A stretch of 64,000 nucleotides of DNA from Psammoneis japonica (taxonomy: Eukaryota): the NCBI GenBank assembly GCA_008632985.1, contig QPGO01000089.1, forward strand, positions 124,001-188,000, read 5' to 3'. The notes beneath the pieces are model-generated. The model was not told the origin of the DNA and made no database searches. It was given only the letters and a program-made list of their open reading frames with translations. Positions within the stretch are counted from its first letter, which is position 1. Every line of letters starts with the position of its first letter. The translations under genes and the position numbers were made by a program. Positions 25,610 through 38,200 of this stretch are shown here, one piece after another.

Positions 25610-26130
25610 CCACATGTTGACAAAATGTTGTTGGAATTGAGCAAGGAGGAGTGCAATGATCTCTTGATGCAAGTCCGAGGACTCACGGTGGATGAAGCCA
25701 AGGAGGAGATTTTGAATTGTGCAAGGTGTGGAGAGGTGGGTGCGGTCTGTGCCATCCTTCAAATCTACAGTCGTGATGGGGTTGTGAACGCGACAGACGA
25801 CAGTGGAAGCATGCCTCTTCATAAAGCATGCGCCAATGGGCATGTTTCAACAACCCGACTGCTGCTGCTCAGTGGTGCACACCATGCACCAAACAAAGCA
25901 AGTGATGTGCCTCTTCATTGGGCATCTGCTGCTGGTCATGATGAGACTGCAAAGCTGCTGTTGGATCACGATCTTTCAAAGCCGACGCGGATGTTTTGCA
26001 AAAGAACAACTTTGGTCAGTCGTCCTTGATGGAAGGATTCTTGAGTGAGAACACCCAACTTGTTAAATTGCTGTTGGAACATGATTCTTTGACAGAAGAG
26101 AAACTTTCAAGTGGGGCTTCCAACTGTTTG
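25610..26130 (+). pseudogene. YAR1-like small ankyrin-repeat protein copy, mutated
   Basis: CARCGEV...DDSGSMPLHKACANGH...VPLHWASAAGH...LQKNNFGQSSL; frameshift near 25980. Confidence 0.75.
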
Positions 26131-26199
26131 CTGTCATTGTCTTGGATCTCTTCTGTCCCATCCATGCACTCCCAGAACTTTCTCAACCAAACTTCATTG

Positions 26200-27400
26200 C
26201 ACTCATCTGTGTCTTTGCTCAATCTCTTTTCATGTTAATTGTGCTTCCCAATTTTTTGCATCTGTCCAGTCCCTTCTTGTTCCAACCCTGTTGACCCTTT
26301 TGCACTTGATTCGTTTGATCGCTGTGCTTCTTGCTGCCTTCACTGCACTTCGCAACCCGCCTTCTTTTCCACCTTCAACTTCTCCTTTGTTTTGCTGTGC
26401 ACGTGCGTCCACTTGTCACAGTTGTTCTCCAACGCCAGCAGGCCAAATGCCTTGTCACTCGCAGATGCCAACCTGTTCAAGCAACATCTTGATTTGAGCC
26501 GATGCTTCCACATTGTCTTTCCGCACCACTGTTCTCTCCCCTTTAGCATGTTTTCCAGCAATGGCATCTCAGTGCTTTCATCTGCTTGCATGTTTCTCTT
26601 GTCATGATCAATGCACCCTGTTCAGCACTCACGCAACACAAAGCAACGATGTGTGAGTGTCAAAGCATTGTCCCATGACCTCTGCAATTTGTTTTGATGC
26701 AGCACTTGTGGAAGAATTCTTCTTGAGTTCCCCACACACGTTGTTCCTCTTTCTTGTTGCATCTGCCTTTGCACCTTGTCTTTTGATGATTTCCAGAATT
26801 GAGCTCTTTTTTCTTGGGGCACATTGACTTTGGAGAGCACAGTGTCAGCTGCTCTGCCGTCACAATTTTTTGTGGCCTTTTCATTCAGGAATTTGCGCTG
26901 TCTGAACAACGTGTTCTTGCAGCGGCTCTCCAAAACAATCTTGTCCCTGTTGTCAATTTGTTCGTTGTGCTGCTTCTTCCTTCTTTTCTTGCTGGTCATG
27001 TCATCTCCCATGCTGGACAAGGTTAGAGTCCCACCCATCACAACTGACCAACCTCCTCCCACCTGCATTGCGGTTCTCACCGGCACATCCTCCTGTGTCA
27101 CGGCCAACCCATCCTGTCCCTGTTCCCACTGCTGCAAGCAACATTTTTGGCAAGTCCTCTGCAATTGCCACTTGCATGGCTCCGATGTCTCTTGCCTCAT
27201 TTTGTTGCAGGCTTTGGACCAAGTTGACGAAGACGGTTCTTGACCCAGTGACTTCACTTCCTGAACAAAGGCTGCGCTGTTGCGATGCATCTTTGATGGA
27301 CAAAAGTGGTGGAAACCCCTCCTTGCCTTTGAGTGGCCAGATTGGGAGGAATGGCGACCCATGGCGCCAGTGAGGATGTGTTGTTTGCATGGCCAAATGA
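26200..27400 (-). pseudogene. Degenerate transposon-associated ORF of unknown family
   Basis: Fragmented Lys/Arg-rich frames including SDKAFGLLALENNCDKW and LFRQRKFL...FW; lies within domain 1. Confidence 0.35.
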
Positions 27401-30400
27401 AGCTGGATGGTGAAAAAAATTGCGCTGGTGAGAAAAACTGTGTTGACAAGAATTTTGTGACGAGGGCACAAGTGAGCAAATGAAAATTTCAGAACAAACA
27501 AACTTGTGGGTCAAACAGGACATTAACACCATTTAAGGCCAGAGGTTGAAATTTTTGCACAATTGGAAAACAGATTCACTGTGGGGAAAAATGAGGTGAA
27601 CATTGCATGAAAAATTAGAGCGCTCAGACAAAAAGAGCAGAAGGAATTTGCAGGGGGGTTCCATGCAGAGAACATGCAGGAAGGAAGCCCTCTGGGGAAC
27701 ACCGGGGAATGTGTCTGCTTCAAGAGGACAAAGGCAAATTTAGTCAGGTGAACGTCAATTAAATTTGTCTGGGGGTCCACAGTCATGCGGGCCCCACTGG
27801 AGTCATGAGGGGTGGTGTGAAAATGATGAAGGCTGGCTAAATCAAATGAACTTGACACCTCATTCAAGGAACCAAAACCTCACAGAACAATTTGACCCCC
27901 TCATTGAACCCGCCTCTGATGGGGGGTGCCACTTCAGCCATGATGATGTCAAGCAATGAGGGATCTTGTGAGCTCAGTGACCCTCTTGTTGCTGATCCAA
28001 TGGAAAGCATGTTGAGCACCACCAAGAGCAACTGCACTGGGGTGTGCAGCACCAGCCAAACTGCCAAACTCAAAATTCTTGAAGAATTCTTTGGCTTTGG
28101 CAGCACCAACAGCAGCAAGAGCCACAAAAGCTCAAAAATCAGCAGATGGCCATCTGAGAGTTGCCTGTTTGCTTTGTTGGCAAGCTTGTGTGTGAAGAGC
28201 AAGTCTCTCCATTCTGATGGTGGAATGGTGCCAATGAATGGTGCCTTCTTGCAATGGAAAAACAACACTGCATTCACAATGACCAGCGACAAGCAAGTTG
28301 CAAGCAAGAACCCAAAAAAGCCCAGACCCAGGGGAACAAAGATCTTGATGACAACATTGTTGGCAATGTCCAGGTGAAAGCAAAAGGCTGCCACCATCAA
28401 TGCCAAAATGCAAGTGTTGACAAGAGAAACCTTTCCAAGTGCATCAAGAGCAAGCAAGAGCTGATCTTGTTTTTCCTTGGACAACCAACTGTGCAGAGCA
28501 GATGACAAAAAAAGCATGAGCTTGAGCTTGGTGGTGTGGCCACATGCCAGGAGAGAAACCAAGAATCAGAAAGAGGAGCACCCACTGAATGCAAGCATGG
28601 CAAAACTCCCCAGCTGTGTTGCCAAGGCTGAACTCAAACAATGGCATGGGGCAGCAAGACCAGATCTGAGGAGTTTTGGAGTGACAGCTGCACGTCAAAT
28701 GAAGCTCCAGTTGGTGGCAACTCTGGCAACAGGCAAAAGCCACTGGACATTTGAGGGAATTTAAGCATTTGATGTGAGTGCAAGTGGCACAGAGCCGCCT
28801 CCAGTTTGCAAACTTCCCAAGCATTCAAATGGCTTTGTGCTGGCAACAAAGGCTCAGAATGTTTGTTGCTTCTTTGCAATGAGAGAAAAATCAACACTTG
28901 CAAGCACACGTGCAAAACAAAGCCAATGTTCTGACTGAAACTTGCTTGTTGGCAAGTCATCCTTCTGAGTCATTCCATTTCAGATGTGCAGAGCAAAAGA
29001 TGCTTGCACAGTGACAAAAGCCAAAATGACAAGCATCAAATTCCACCACCACAAAAGATTCTTCTCACTGCAGGTTTCATGTGTGAGTCGTTGCCATTGT
29101 CAGCTCCATTGTTTGGAACATTGTTGCCCACACAAACTTGAGATGATGTCTCTGGCAAGATTTCCAAAAGCTCACTCACCATGTCCAGAACTTTTAAATG
29201 GACCACAATGGCGAAGGGGAGACAAGCTTGAAACTTTCATTGTCTTCTTTGAAAGTCCAACAAAAAGCTGCACAAGCCCACTTGTGATGCTGGAACAGCC
29301 AAGCATTGTGTGTGTCAGTCAAGAGCTGTGCAGTTGATGGAGTGCCAGCCTTTCTTGCCGTGTCACAGCAGAGCTTGGTGCCTCTGGCCAGCAGTGCAGT
29401 GTCGCCAGTGCTTGCAGCGGTGTCAAAACAGCCCCACAGATTCATTCTTGGATGTGGAAGATTGACAGAGACAGATGCTCTGGGAGCATGTGTGGATGTG
29501 TGATGCTGTGCTTTTTGTGTTTGTGCAAATGCTGCCTGCACTGAGGCCATTGCAAATGGTGGCACAACCACCATTGCTTGGATCAAGAGCATCCAGTGCA
29601 CAGCTGGCAAGCACAAGTGATGTTGGTGAAAAACAAGCAGGCATCAACAATGGCGCCACACATCAACAGAGATGAGCAACAGGGTTGCAATGCTCTTGCC
29701 AAGTTTCTTTGGACTGCCAAAGTTTTCAAATGCAAGGTTGCAGATCCTGGCTGCAACCACATCCATTTCGCAAAGCTGGGGTGATGTGCTGGTGGAAAAG
29801 CAATGATTTGTGCAGCTGCAGAGACACAATTGTTGCGCCAACTGGTGTCTTGAAGAGCTGGGCTCTTTTGAAGAAGAAGTCTCAAAGCAGGGAGCAGATT
29901 TCCTTGCCAAAAGTTCAAGTGGTCCCGACTCCAGGATGGCAGAATTTGCTGGTTGGTCTGAGCAGCTGCCTGGATTGGATGCGCTGTTTGAGAGGAAGGC
30001 TGCTCTTCCAATTTGCTGAGCATTTGTTGATCTTTTTCTTCACTGGGCTGTTGATGAGGATTCCTGTGGCAAAGTCATTAAGAAATGTGGAGCAACAGCA
30101 CATGGTTGACAAGCTTGTCCACATCACATCATTGGTGGAACCATCATGGCTCCACCACTGCTGACATGTTGAGGGTTGGCATGAGATCCATGCTCTCATC
30201 TGGGTTTGCATCTGCCAAAATGTTGGACAAGGCCAAAGTCTTGAGAGGCTTCAAAAGGCAGCCCAAACAACAAGAGCAGCTGCAATCTTGCGCGGCAGAA
30301 GAGCAACAGATGACTTGATGTCTTGAGCCATCATGTCCATGAATGGGGTGCGGTCAATGTCTGCAAAAGCACCTCCAACAAGAGACACCAATCATGGGCT

Positions 30401-33400
30401 GACCTTGATGATGAAGTCTTCTTGAAAAAGCTCACCACAAAATGTTCCTCCTCCATCAATCAACTTGACAGCAATGCTGCTGACATTTGTCACCATGTTG
30501 AGCCTCTCATCTGAAATCACAGTGGATGCCAAGTCTTGGGGGCACACATTTCTCTTCATCAACATCACTTTGGACAATGCACTGAGTTCCCCCAATTGAG
30601 TTTTGCCAATTGAAGCTGCAACTTCTCTGCACTTTTGAGCCACAATGGCAAAATTCTCAAGTGGTGTGAAAAATCTGAAATGTGAAAATGCACCACCCCT
30701 CTCATCAAGGAATGAATGACTTGTCCATTGACGCCATGAAAAAAATGTCCACAGCCCCGCTGTTGTTGGCATTTCCACAATGGCCCAGCAAATCCAGCGC
30801 CAGGTGCCAGACCCCCTTGTCAAGGCACCAATCCAGGATCACTTGGTTGAGCAAGAGCAAAATTGACAAGAACACACATGAGTCCAAAGCAACCATGAGT
30901 TGGGTGTGGTTGTTGGCCTTTGAGAATGGCTTTTGTCAAGAGTGGGTCAGCATTGTCTTGTTTTGCAGTGGACACTGCTGAGTTGCATGTGGCCACTGGC
31001 ATTTGAGAATGGCTCTTTTGTCAAGAGCCAATCAACACTGTCTTGTTTTGCAGTGGACATGGCTGCTTTCCAAGCCTTGATGAAATGCACTTGGCCAGAG
31101 GTTGAGAAAACAAGTCAACAAGTTTTGCCAAAATGACACGGCACATCAAACGCCCTGATGGTGGTTGCCATGTTCACACCATTGTTTGTGTTGCTGTTGC
31201 TCCAGCTGCTTGAAACAAGCTCCATGGCAACCTTCATGTTCTTGTCTCCATCATCCTTTTGATGAACGATGGATGCTGCCTTGCTTGTGCAAGTGGTCTT
31301 GACTTGTGCTTGCCCTTGCAGGTGGCCAACATGTCCACCAAGACAACCAACACAAGTGGAGTGGAAGTGCAATTAGAAGGAGTGTGCAGCTCAAGCCCAC
31401 GGAGCCCAGCATCACATTGGCGCCAACCACCATGTCACAACAAACTGACTGAAACAAACTGGCAAAAGCAGAGTTGGAGGCATGCATCAGAGCAAAGAAG
31501 CACACTTTTGTTGCAAAGAGTGCTTTCAGATTTTGCAGAAAAGCTCAACAATGAACACCCAATGCACCGCAGAAAAGACTCCTTTTCTTCATCAGGAATG
31601 GCAGCTGATGCGCAACACAACAAACATGCCAGTGTGTCATGTTGACTGCTGCAATGATCACAATCAAGAGCTTTGTTGTTGTCATGCTGTGCCAGGAGCA
31701 TGAAGATGATTTGGCAGAGACAGTGGCTTGCCATGAAAATTCCAAGCACAAAACAACCAAGAGACAGACTTTTGACAAACAATGACTTGCCGTTTTCTTT
31801 GCACACAGCATCAGAGTGCAAATGAGAGCAACAACAACAAGAGCAGCAGCATGACTTGAAAGCACAATGTGTTGTTGCTTTTGCATCATTTTGTGCAATG
31901 AACAAATGGAGCAAGGCATGAGGTGGCAGGTGCGTTCAATGCCTTCACTTGCAGACAAAATGCATGCTTGCATTTCACTTCCACAGATGAAGTGTGCACA
32001 TCATGATGTCACTTGTCTGTTTGTCAGACGAAACACTCAAGACAGATTTGTGGGCCCAGTGGCCCTTTTTTGGGTGCTGGCACCAATGCTGAGTCAGCTG
32101 TGTGATGCTGTCACAGACTCAAAGGATGACAACATTTCCTTGCAGGGAAAAGATCAAGAGCACCCCGGCACCATCAGCAGCAGAAGCGCACTTGTTTTCT
32201 TGGCTGCAGAGAGTTGCTCTTGCTCTTGGTGAAAACATCACAAGGAGCAGCAGCAGAGAGCAACAAATCAGCAACCAAAACAGCAATGAAGGGACAAAGT
32301 CCTCCTTTGAAAAGCCCAATGCTTGAGCTCTGAGCTGGCTCAAGGTTTTGCTCATGGCTTTTGCATGTGGATTGTTTGTTGCAGCTCAATGGAGTGTCCA
32401 CTTTGTTCTTCTTGTTGATGGTCTTCAACTTGGGCGACGACATTCTTCCATCCCTCAATGTTGTGTCAAGTCACTGCCACAGTGTGCACCCCCATGTGCC
32501 AGACAACAGCCCATGGTGAGACCACACAGCAGCCCATGGTGCTGCACAGCACAGCAGTGTGCTCTGGCACCAAGGAAGAGTGCTCAGCTCAGAGAGATTG
32601 GAGAGATGTGGAGCAATTTCAATGCAATCCACAATGCAAACAGATGGAAAAACTTGCATTGCTCCTGCCAAAAAAACTCTGCTTTTCCAGCTGTAAATTG
32701 GTCTCACCATTTTCACAGCAGCAGCAACTTTGCAACCCACTTGTTTCTTGTCACCTGTCAGAGCACAGGGCACTGCTCCTGACAGACTCACAAGCAGATG
32801 TTGTTTTGTTCATTGGAGCCTGTCAGGACAGCAAAGTTGCAAACAACACCCGTCTGCTGCTGTGTGTCTCTGTTCACATGCACAAGATGCAATGGAGCCA
32901 TTTGGGTGCCACTCATGTGCCAATCTTGGAAGTCCAACTGTCAATGCAATCAGCTCACTGGCAGCAGGATCTGACCAACATGAACCACAGGGGGGGCTGT
33001 GCCATTGGCCAAGCTGTCTTCTCTTCAGCACTCTTCTGCGCAAGCACCCACTGGCAAACCCTGCGTGTTTTTCTGTGGGTGCTCTCTCACACTGATGTCG
33101 CCCTTTTCAGATGGCGTTTTGCCAGATCCTCCAACACCCATTTGGCCCCTTTTGCTGCAGGTGCACCCTTGTTTCACCATGATGTGCAACAATTTTCAGT
33201 GGAAAAAGACAGGCATTGACGCCTTGTGGTTCACATGTGCTTGTTGTCTTGTTTGGTGATTTTTTGTGGATTCGGCACAATTTCCACACAGAATCCAGCA
33301 CAAATTCTGCATGCTTCAGAAACATCCACCAACAATCATTGCATCTTCAATGCAATCAATTTCCTTCCATGCCTGAAAGCTCCCAATGATTTCTTCTGCT

Positions 33401-35226
33401 CCTGCTGGCTGCTCAAGTTCTTCACCTCATGTGGGTGGTGAAAGCACTGTCCCTGTTGTGGCACCTGCAAGTGTTTGTTTGGACAAACCATTGGCATCAC
33501 CTGACGACCATCTGTTTGCTGCATGGATCAGCATTTCCACGCAAAAATCAGCATCAATTCTGCATGAGAATGACATTTCTTCCAACAACCTTCTCACCAC
33601 ATCACCAGGGCTTCCTGTTTCATGCCCGCAAGTCCCGAACACCCCTTTTGCACTTGCTGGCCTGCCAAAATCACTGCCCCAAGCAACGAACTGCACACTT
33701 TTGTTCCAGTGCATGCAATTGTGAAATTTAGTCAGTCTTTGTTGAAGACAAGACCTTCCCTCAGAAGCAAAGATTTTCTCCCGGAGTTTGCGCTGACTTT
33801 GACTTCTTTGCTTGATGCGTTTGTCCTTTGCTGTGGTGGTTTGGGTGCACTGAATCTTCTCCGAAAGAAAGCAATGACCTCATTGTTGTGAAATTTCTCC
33901 TTGACCTGTTGTCTCTGTTGGGCATCTCCATCTGGAGGTGCCGCAACCGGCTGATCACACGATCTTCTGCCGCGCACCCCCCAGCAGGGTGCGCTGGAAG
34001 TGCGGGTCAACCGGTGCTGCCATTGCTGGGCAAAGGTGCAACAGCACTTTAAAAAATGGGTTTGAGTTTTTTGTCTTCTCTTCAGCAGCAGGCTGCTCTG
34101 TTGCTGGCATTGACCCAAGATGATGGTGCATCACTGCCCGCAACTGCCACCCAGCCATGTGGTGCTGACGACACATGTCAGCCAAAGCACCGCCTGTGCT
34201 TGCTGCTGCTGCACATGAGAATTTGCAGTCTTCATTGTCACCACCAACAGCAGCAAATGGACAAGCCTCCATTTCCATCCATCAGCGGCAAGGCCCCAAC
34301 TCTCTCCCTTGTGGCCCAGCCCCTTGCCGCTGCTTGCCGCCTGAGCTGCTGCGCCTCCTGAGTGGCCGTGCTCCCGACCCCCACCCAGATGAGGGGACAT
34401 GACTGCTCAGCACAAAAGGCTCTCACAAACACATTAGGGAGCTTTTAAATTGGCCACGCAAATGACAACAACACAGGTGCTTCTCCTGTCCAGGTGTGCT
34501 GCTCGCATCTCTTTTTTTGTCACACAGCCTCGCAGCATGTCATGTTTCTGAAAACTCTCTGTGAACAAAGAGGAGATTGAACCCGGCATTGAGACTGCAG
34601 AATTGGTCACATTGAGCTGTGTCAAAATCTGTTCTGAAAAAAAAATGAATGGCACTGGCTGGAGTCTGCTGGCAAGGCTTCTTGGACAAGCACCAGCAAA
34701 GGCTCCTGCCTTTTGTCTCTGAGCGAGGGCACGACCACACAACTTGCTTGAGGCACCAGCAATCTTGCTGGCAGCACTCACGACAAGAAGAACCTCCAGA
34801 GCCATGCCAAAGGACATGCCAAAGGACATGCCAAAGCCCAAACTGAGGAGACTGTCGTCCTCATTGCTTTGACCATTCCCGCGCAGATGCGTGGATCATT
34901 GTCAAATTGTCGTGTGCCACGATTTAGATCCAGCACCAAAGACACACGGGACTCACAATAAAGCCCTTTGCGCGACCATCAATGACTGTCCGAAATCCGT
35001 TGGATAGATGGATCTCGAATTCCGTTGTCTTGTTCAAGCGATAGTGAAAGGATAGTGGACATTTTTGGCAAATTCAGTCATTTTATCATCGAGTAGCGTC
35101 CACTTTTTGCTGAATGACGAGCATCTTTCTCGGCTTTCTTGTGTGATGACCGTTTTCTATCTTTATCGCATCCATCCACTTCACAAAAAATAAGTATAGC
35201 TTTAGGGACTACCCACCGCTTTCGCC

Positions 35227-38200
35227 ATGAAGATGCTGCCTACACCCACCGCAATCATGCTGTTACTTCTGCTGTTGTTGGCCAAAATAGCAAACTTCGT
35301 CGGAGGAATAAATACTTCCCCAGCGGCGTTTCAAGAAGTTCAACAAAATGGAGTGCCAACGGGGAACTTGTACATGAAGGGAACGCACGTTTACCATTGG
35401 TATGAAGATGAGAATGGATATACGGTATGCATCGACCCGGAAACAAAAGATATGCCCATGCGAAATTGGTTCTACTGCAAACGAGGACCGAAAGGGGCTT
35501 TGATTATTGATCGCAGTTTGCAAGTGGGAAAGGCTGATCCAGAAGCAGCTGGTCTGAAAAAGGGGGAAAAGGACACTCATCGAACCATTTTGAAGAAGTG
35601 CGGTGGCTTCTGTAAAAAGGAAAAGAGTCATACCTCAGATGGAGCCAACAGTTCGAAGCCACATGTCTTCTTGCATCATGCGCAAAAACCCGATTGGCGG
35701 CGATTGGATACAACAACGCCAACCGTCATGCATAATTTGGCAGTGCCAATTATTTTTGCTGACCACTTGTCGCGCACAAATAGACCCAGCATCGAAGCAC
35801 TTAATACCTTCATGAACAGCGAATCTCCGAGTGCTACGTACTGTCCGACAGGCAGTCTCCAACAATATTACTTGCAAAACAGTTATGGCCGAGTAAAAAT
35901 TGAGACAACCGTGGCTCCCTGGGTTACGCTCAACTACACGGAAGTGTACTCGGCAAAGGGAAAAGGTGGCTTAACGTTTCGTCTTCGAAACAAGGTTCTT
36001 ACGAGCGCCATGAATCAGCTGGATATTGATGGTTTTGATTTCACGCAGCTGGATCCAGACAGTGATGGCAAAATTGACTTGCTGACATTTTTCCATTCCG
36101 GATTCGGTGGCGAGCACGGCGGTGCCGACGAATTTCTGACATCCAGTGCAAACAGAATCTTTTCTCACCAATGGTATCTTGGTAAGTCGGGTTGGACATC
36201 AAGCTCAGGAATCAAAATATCAAAGTACATGATTGTCCCTGCACTATGGGGTAACCGTGGCAGTGAGATTACGAGACTGGGCACTGCTGCGCATGAAATG
36301 GGGCACTTGGCATTTAATCTACCAGATCTTTACGATAGGGAAGGAAAGGGCGAGGGTCCAGGGTCTTTTTCGCTACTTGCCAATGCTTGGGGGTTCGATG
36401 GGTCTATGTTGTACCCGCCGATGTTGGATCCTTGGAGCCGGATTAAACTTGGTTGGGCTAACATTGTGAATTTAGATTCATACCAAAGGGACATCTCGGT
36501 ACACCCATCCTACACAACAAACGAGTTCTACAAGATCTCTGTTGGCTACCCAGATATGGAGTATTTGCTGATTGAAAACAGACAAGCCATGGGGTTTGAT
36601 GCCCGCTTACCTCAAGAAGGACTAGTTATTTACCACATTGACGACAGGCGGAGAAACCATAATCTCGAGGGGCACCCTGACCAGGAAGGCTGGCCAGAGA
36701 ATGGTAATCACTACCAGGTTGCTGTTCTTCAAGCAGACGGATTGTATGATCTGGAAAAGAGTGACAATCGCGGGGACGGTGGAGATGTTTGGTACAACAA
36801 CTCCTTGGCCATTGGACCCGGTTCCACATGCAAAGAGCTGTGTGGGAATCGAACATATCCCAACACAGACTCGTACCAAGGTGGAAACATCACCGAGACC
36901 GGGCATACCATCATGGGAATCAACGCATCTCATCGCGTTGTGACGTTTGACTTCATCAGTATCGATGAAGCAACGGGTGTTGGCGAGTATGCGCCATCCA
37001 AGGCACCCAGCCAAAATCCCACGATAACGGCTTCGCCATCATTGTCCTTCGTCCCATCGCTTGCTCCCACCAGCAGTCTTCGTCCAAGCCACGTTCCGAG
37101 TAGTCTACCAAGTAACACACCTTCAGTATCAAAAGCCCCATCGGCGAACCCAAGCCAAGCGCCGAGTTTGATTCCGTCGGTAACACCTTCGTCATTACCA
37201 ACAAAGTCACCTAGCCTCACTCCGAGCGCAACGCCGTCAATAAAGACCCCTGCTCCCAGTGACGTCCCTAGCGCCGTCCCGTCAGGTACACCCACTCACG
37301 TTCCGAGCGAATCTCCCAGTGACGTCCCTACTTCAGATCCGTTTAGTGTACCAAGCACTTTGCCATCTTCAGCTCCTTCCGGCAAGCCCAGCGCCCTTGC
37401 ATCTGCGACACCGTCTTCTGTTCTCAGCGAATCTCCCAGTATTGCCCCTAGTACACTTCTAACAGCGACGACGTTTGTGCCATCACTGTCGCCTTCGGCT
37501 ATCCCCTCAGGTATCCGTTCGGCAGTTCCGAGTGCGGAGCCTAGTGAGGTTCCGTCAAATCCTCCGTCCGCTCAGCCGAGTGGTGTTACGTTACTGACAC
37601 CTTCGACGGTTCCCTCAGATACACTTTCAGCTGCCCCGAGTACAGCTCCTAGTGTTGCGCCATCGGCGACTCCCTTATCTGAGTCCAGTGAAGCGCCGTC
37701 GGTGAAACCTTCAATTGTGCCCTCAGCAAGAACGACTGCTGTACCGAGCTCGGTACCCAGTGATGAGGCTTCCACAACTCCTTCAAATGAACCGAGCGGA
37801 GCGCCATCTCTGACACCTTCAACGGCAACCTCTGACACCCCTTCGATGAGCACCTCGGAAATGCCTTCCGTCACCAGAAGCACAGTTCTGCCCGTGGTCC
37901 CAAGTGTAGTGCCATCGATGGTCCCTTCGATTATGCCGAGCATCACCCCATCCGAAATACCAAGCGTGAACCCGTCCAGCAAGCCACCTGGAGCACCAAG
38001 CAATGAACCCTCAAGAAAGCCTAGTGGGACTCCTTCAAGTTCTCCATCACTTTCGCCAAGCGAATCTCTCAGCGACGTCCCTAGTGCAAATCCATCGACG
38101 ACACCGTCTGCTGTATCCAGTACTGTGCCCTCTACAGCTCCTTCATTTACTCCGAGCAATGAACCGACTGGCAAGCCAAGCGCCGTACCGTCAGATACAC

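Larger units (their letters stand above)
6990..34980. other. TpA-depleted (and largely CpG-depleted), TG/CA-rich repeat/transposon domain 1
   Basis: Manual count: 2 TA and 3 CG in 7001-8040, versus 15 TA in 1-300 of the myosin gene. ORFs are nearly Tyr-free and rich in Cys/His. Confidence 0.93.

Noticed and set aside
27900..34400. Assignment of this block to a specific TE superfamily
   Set aside because: Too degenerate; no RT, integrase, helicase or DDE motif could be recognised with confidence.
7000..34900. Hundreds of overlapping Cys/His/Gln-rich ORFs on all six frames
   Set aside because: Expected by-product of losing TAA/TAG stops and gaining TG/CA codons; no family motifs in most.
6990..34980. 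Classical fungal RIP as the explanation
   Set aside because: RIP depletes CpA/TpG and enriches TpA and AT content; the pattern here is the reverse.
36655..36745. Recent gene conversion between the two protease genes (identical peptide block, also at 43117-43203)
   Set aside because: About eight synonymous differences in the block indicate purifying selection, not recent conversion.
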